From assembly GCF_902713615.1 (NCBI RefSeq), contig NC_052172.1, positions 248,001-312,000 of the forward strand: a DNA stretch of 64,000 nucleotides, written 5' to 3'. Position 1 is the first letter of the stretch. Each line of letters begins with the position of its first letter. Positions 63,228 through 64,000 of the stretch are shown here, piece after piece. The stretch is from Scyliorhinus canicula (lineage: Eukaryota). The notes beneath the pieces are model-generated. The model had not been told where the DNA came from, did no database searches, and saw nothing but the letters and a program-made list of their open reading frames with translations. The position numbers and the translations under genes were made by a program.

Positions 63228-64000
63228 ACCCACAACTTCTGTGAAGCAGCCAAACCATCATATTTTAAATTATGGGTTCATTTCTATGATGATTAACCAG
63301 ATCCGTTTTAATTGTGTTTCACGACAACAACATCCTGTATAATGCCGAGTTATCGTCATGTCGATCTTCGTACGTTGTTTATAAAATCCCATCATTTAGT
63401 GATGCTCGGTCGCCGCTTCATACTCGGCTCTGTCGCTGGATTTGGAGAGAGAATCGAACTCCAATACCTCCCGTAGCATTTGTGTTCAGCCTGACAAATT
63501 ACTCCCTTTCCATTTATGTTCATGTTCACACCCATGATCGAGAGCACCCCGGTGGTGTGGGTAAACTCCATTTCAATACTGACACTAGCTCCAAACTGCT
63601 CACTCCACTTTTAACACTGAGGAAGCGGCAGCAGTCTACAATATGAATAAATGTTACTATGTTTGCAGATGGCTGTGAATTAGACACTGTCGGCGGCTGA
63701 GAACGTTTTAAACAACAGCCAGATTAAACCTGTCGAGTCAGTTCCCCTTCCACAGATCCGAAACGTTTCTCTCCACAGATGATACCAGACACGCTGAGTT
63801 GATCCAGCATTTTCTCTTTAATTCACATTTGCAGCCTCCGCATTATTTTGGTTTAATTTATTTTGGGTTTGTTGTCAGTTACAGAGACAAAATCAGAAAC
63901 TAACAGATAATGGGAAACTAGACGCGGGAAAGAGAGAGAATCCAACAATCTCATACTCAAATGATTTAGTCACATTTTTTATTCAATTTTATTTGGGCGC

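Overview
Eukaryotic, vertebrate DNA, very probably a shark (HE1-type V-SINEs and HER1-like CR1 LINEs), with a 500-N assembly gap at 7925-8424. The host genes form a replication-dependent histone locus: intact H1(+), H4(+), H3.2(+) and H2A(-) at 9.8-14.0 kb, each with a 3' stem-loop, and two broken H2B copies at 56.7-63.2 kb (one split by a LINE, one 5'-truncated duplicate). Most of the remainder is nested mobile DNA: four near-full-length CR1 LINEs (one with both ORFs intact), shorter CR1 fragments, an L1, a Tx1, an ERV remnant (pol-env-3'LTR), a Gypsy-like LTR, a hAT remnant, many SINEs, and a 17-bp minisatellite family with higher-order derivatives. The most interesting signals concern how the CR1 LINEs are expressed. 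All four copies carry an in-phase -1 slippery site, G_GGU_UUA_AAC_UAA, at the ORF1/ORF2 overlap, and ORF2 has no conserved start codon ahead of its endonuclease domain. Their 5' ends are tandem promoter monomers, one octamer-bearing and one TATA-bearing, and one subfamily carries a SINE fixed in its 3'UTR. All coordinates and alignments were read by eye; no database searches were run.
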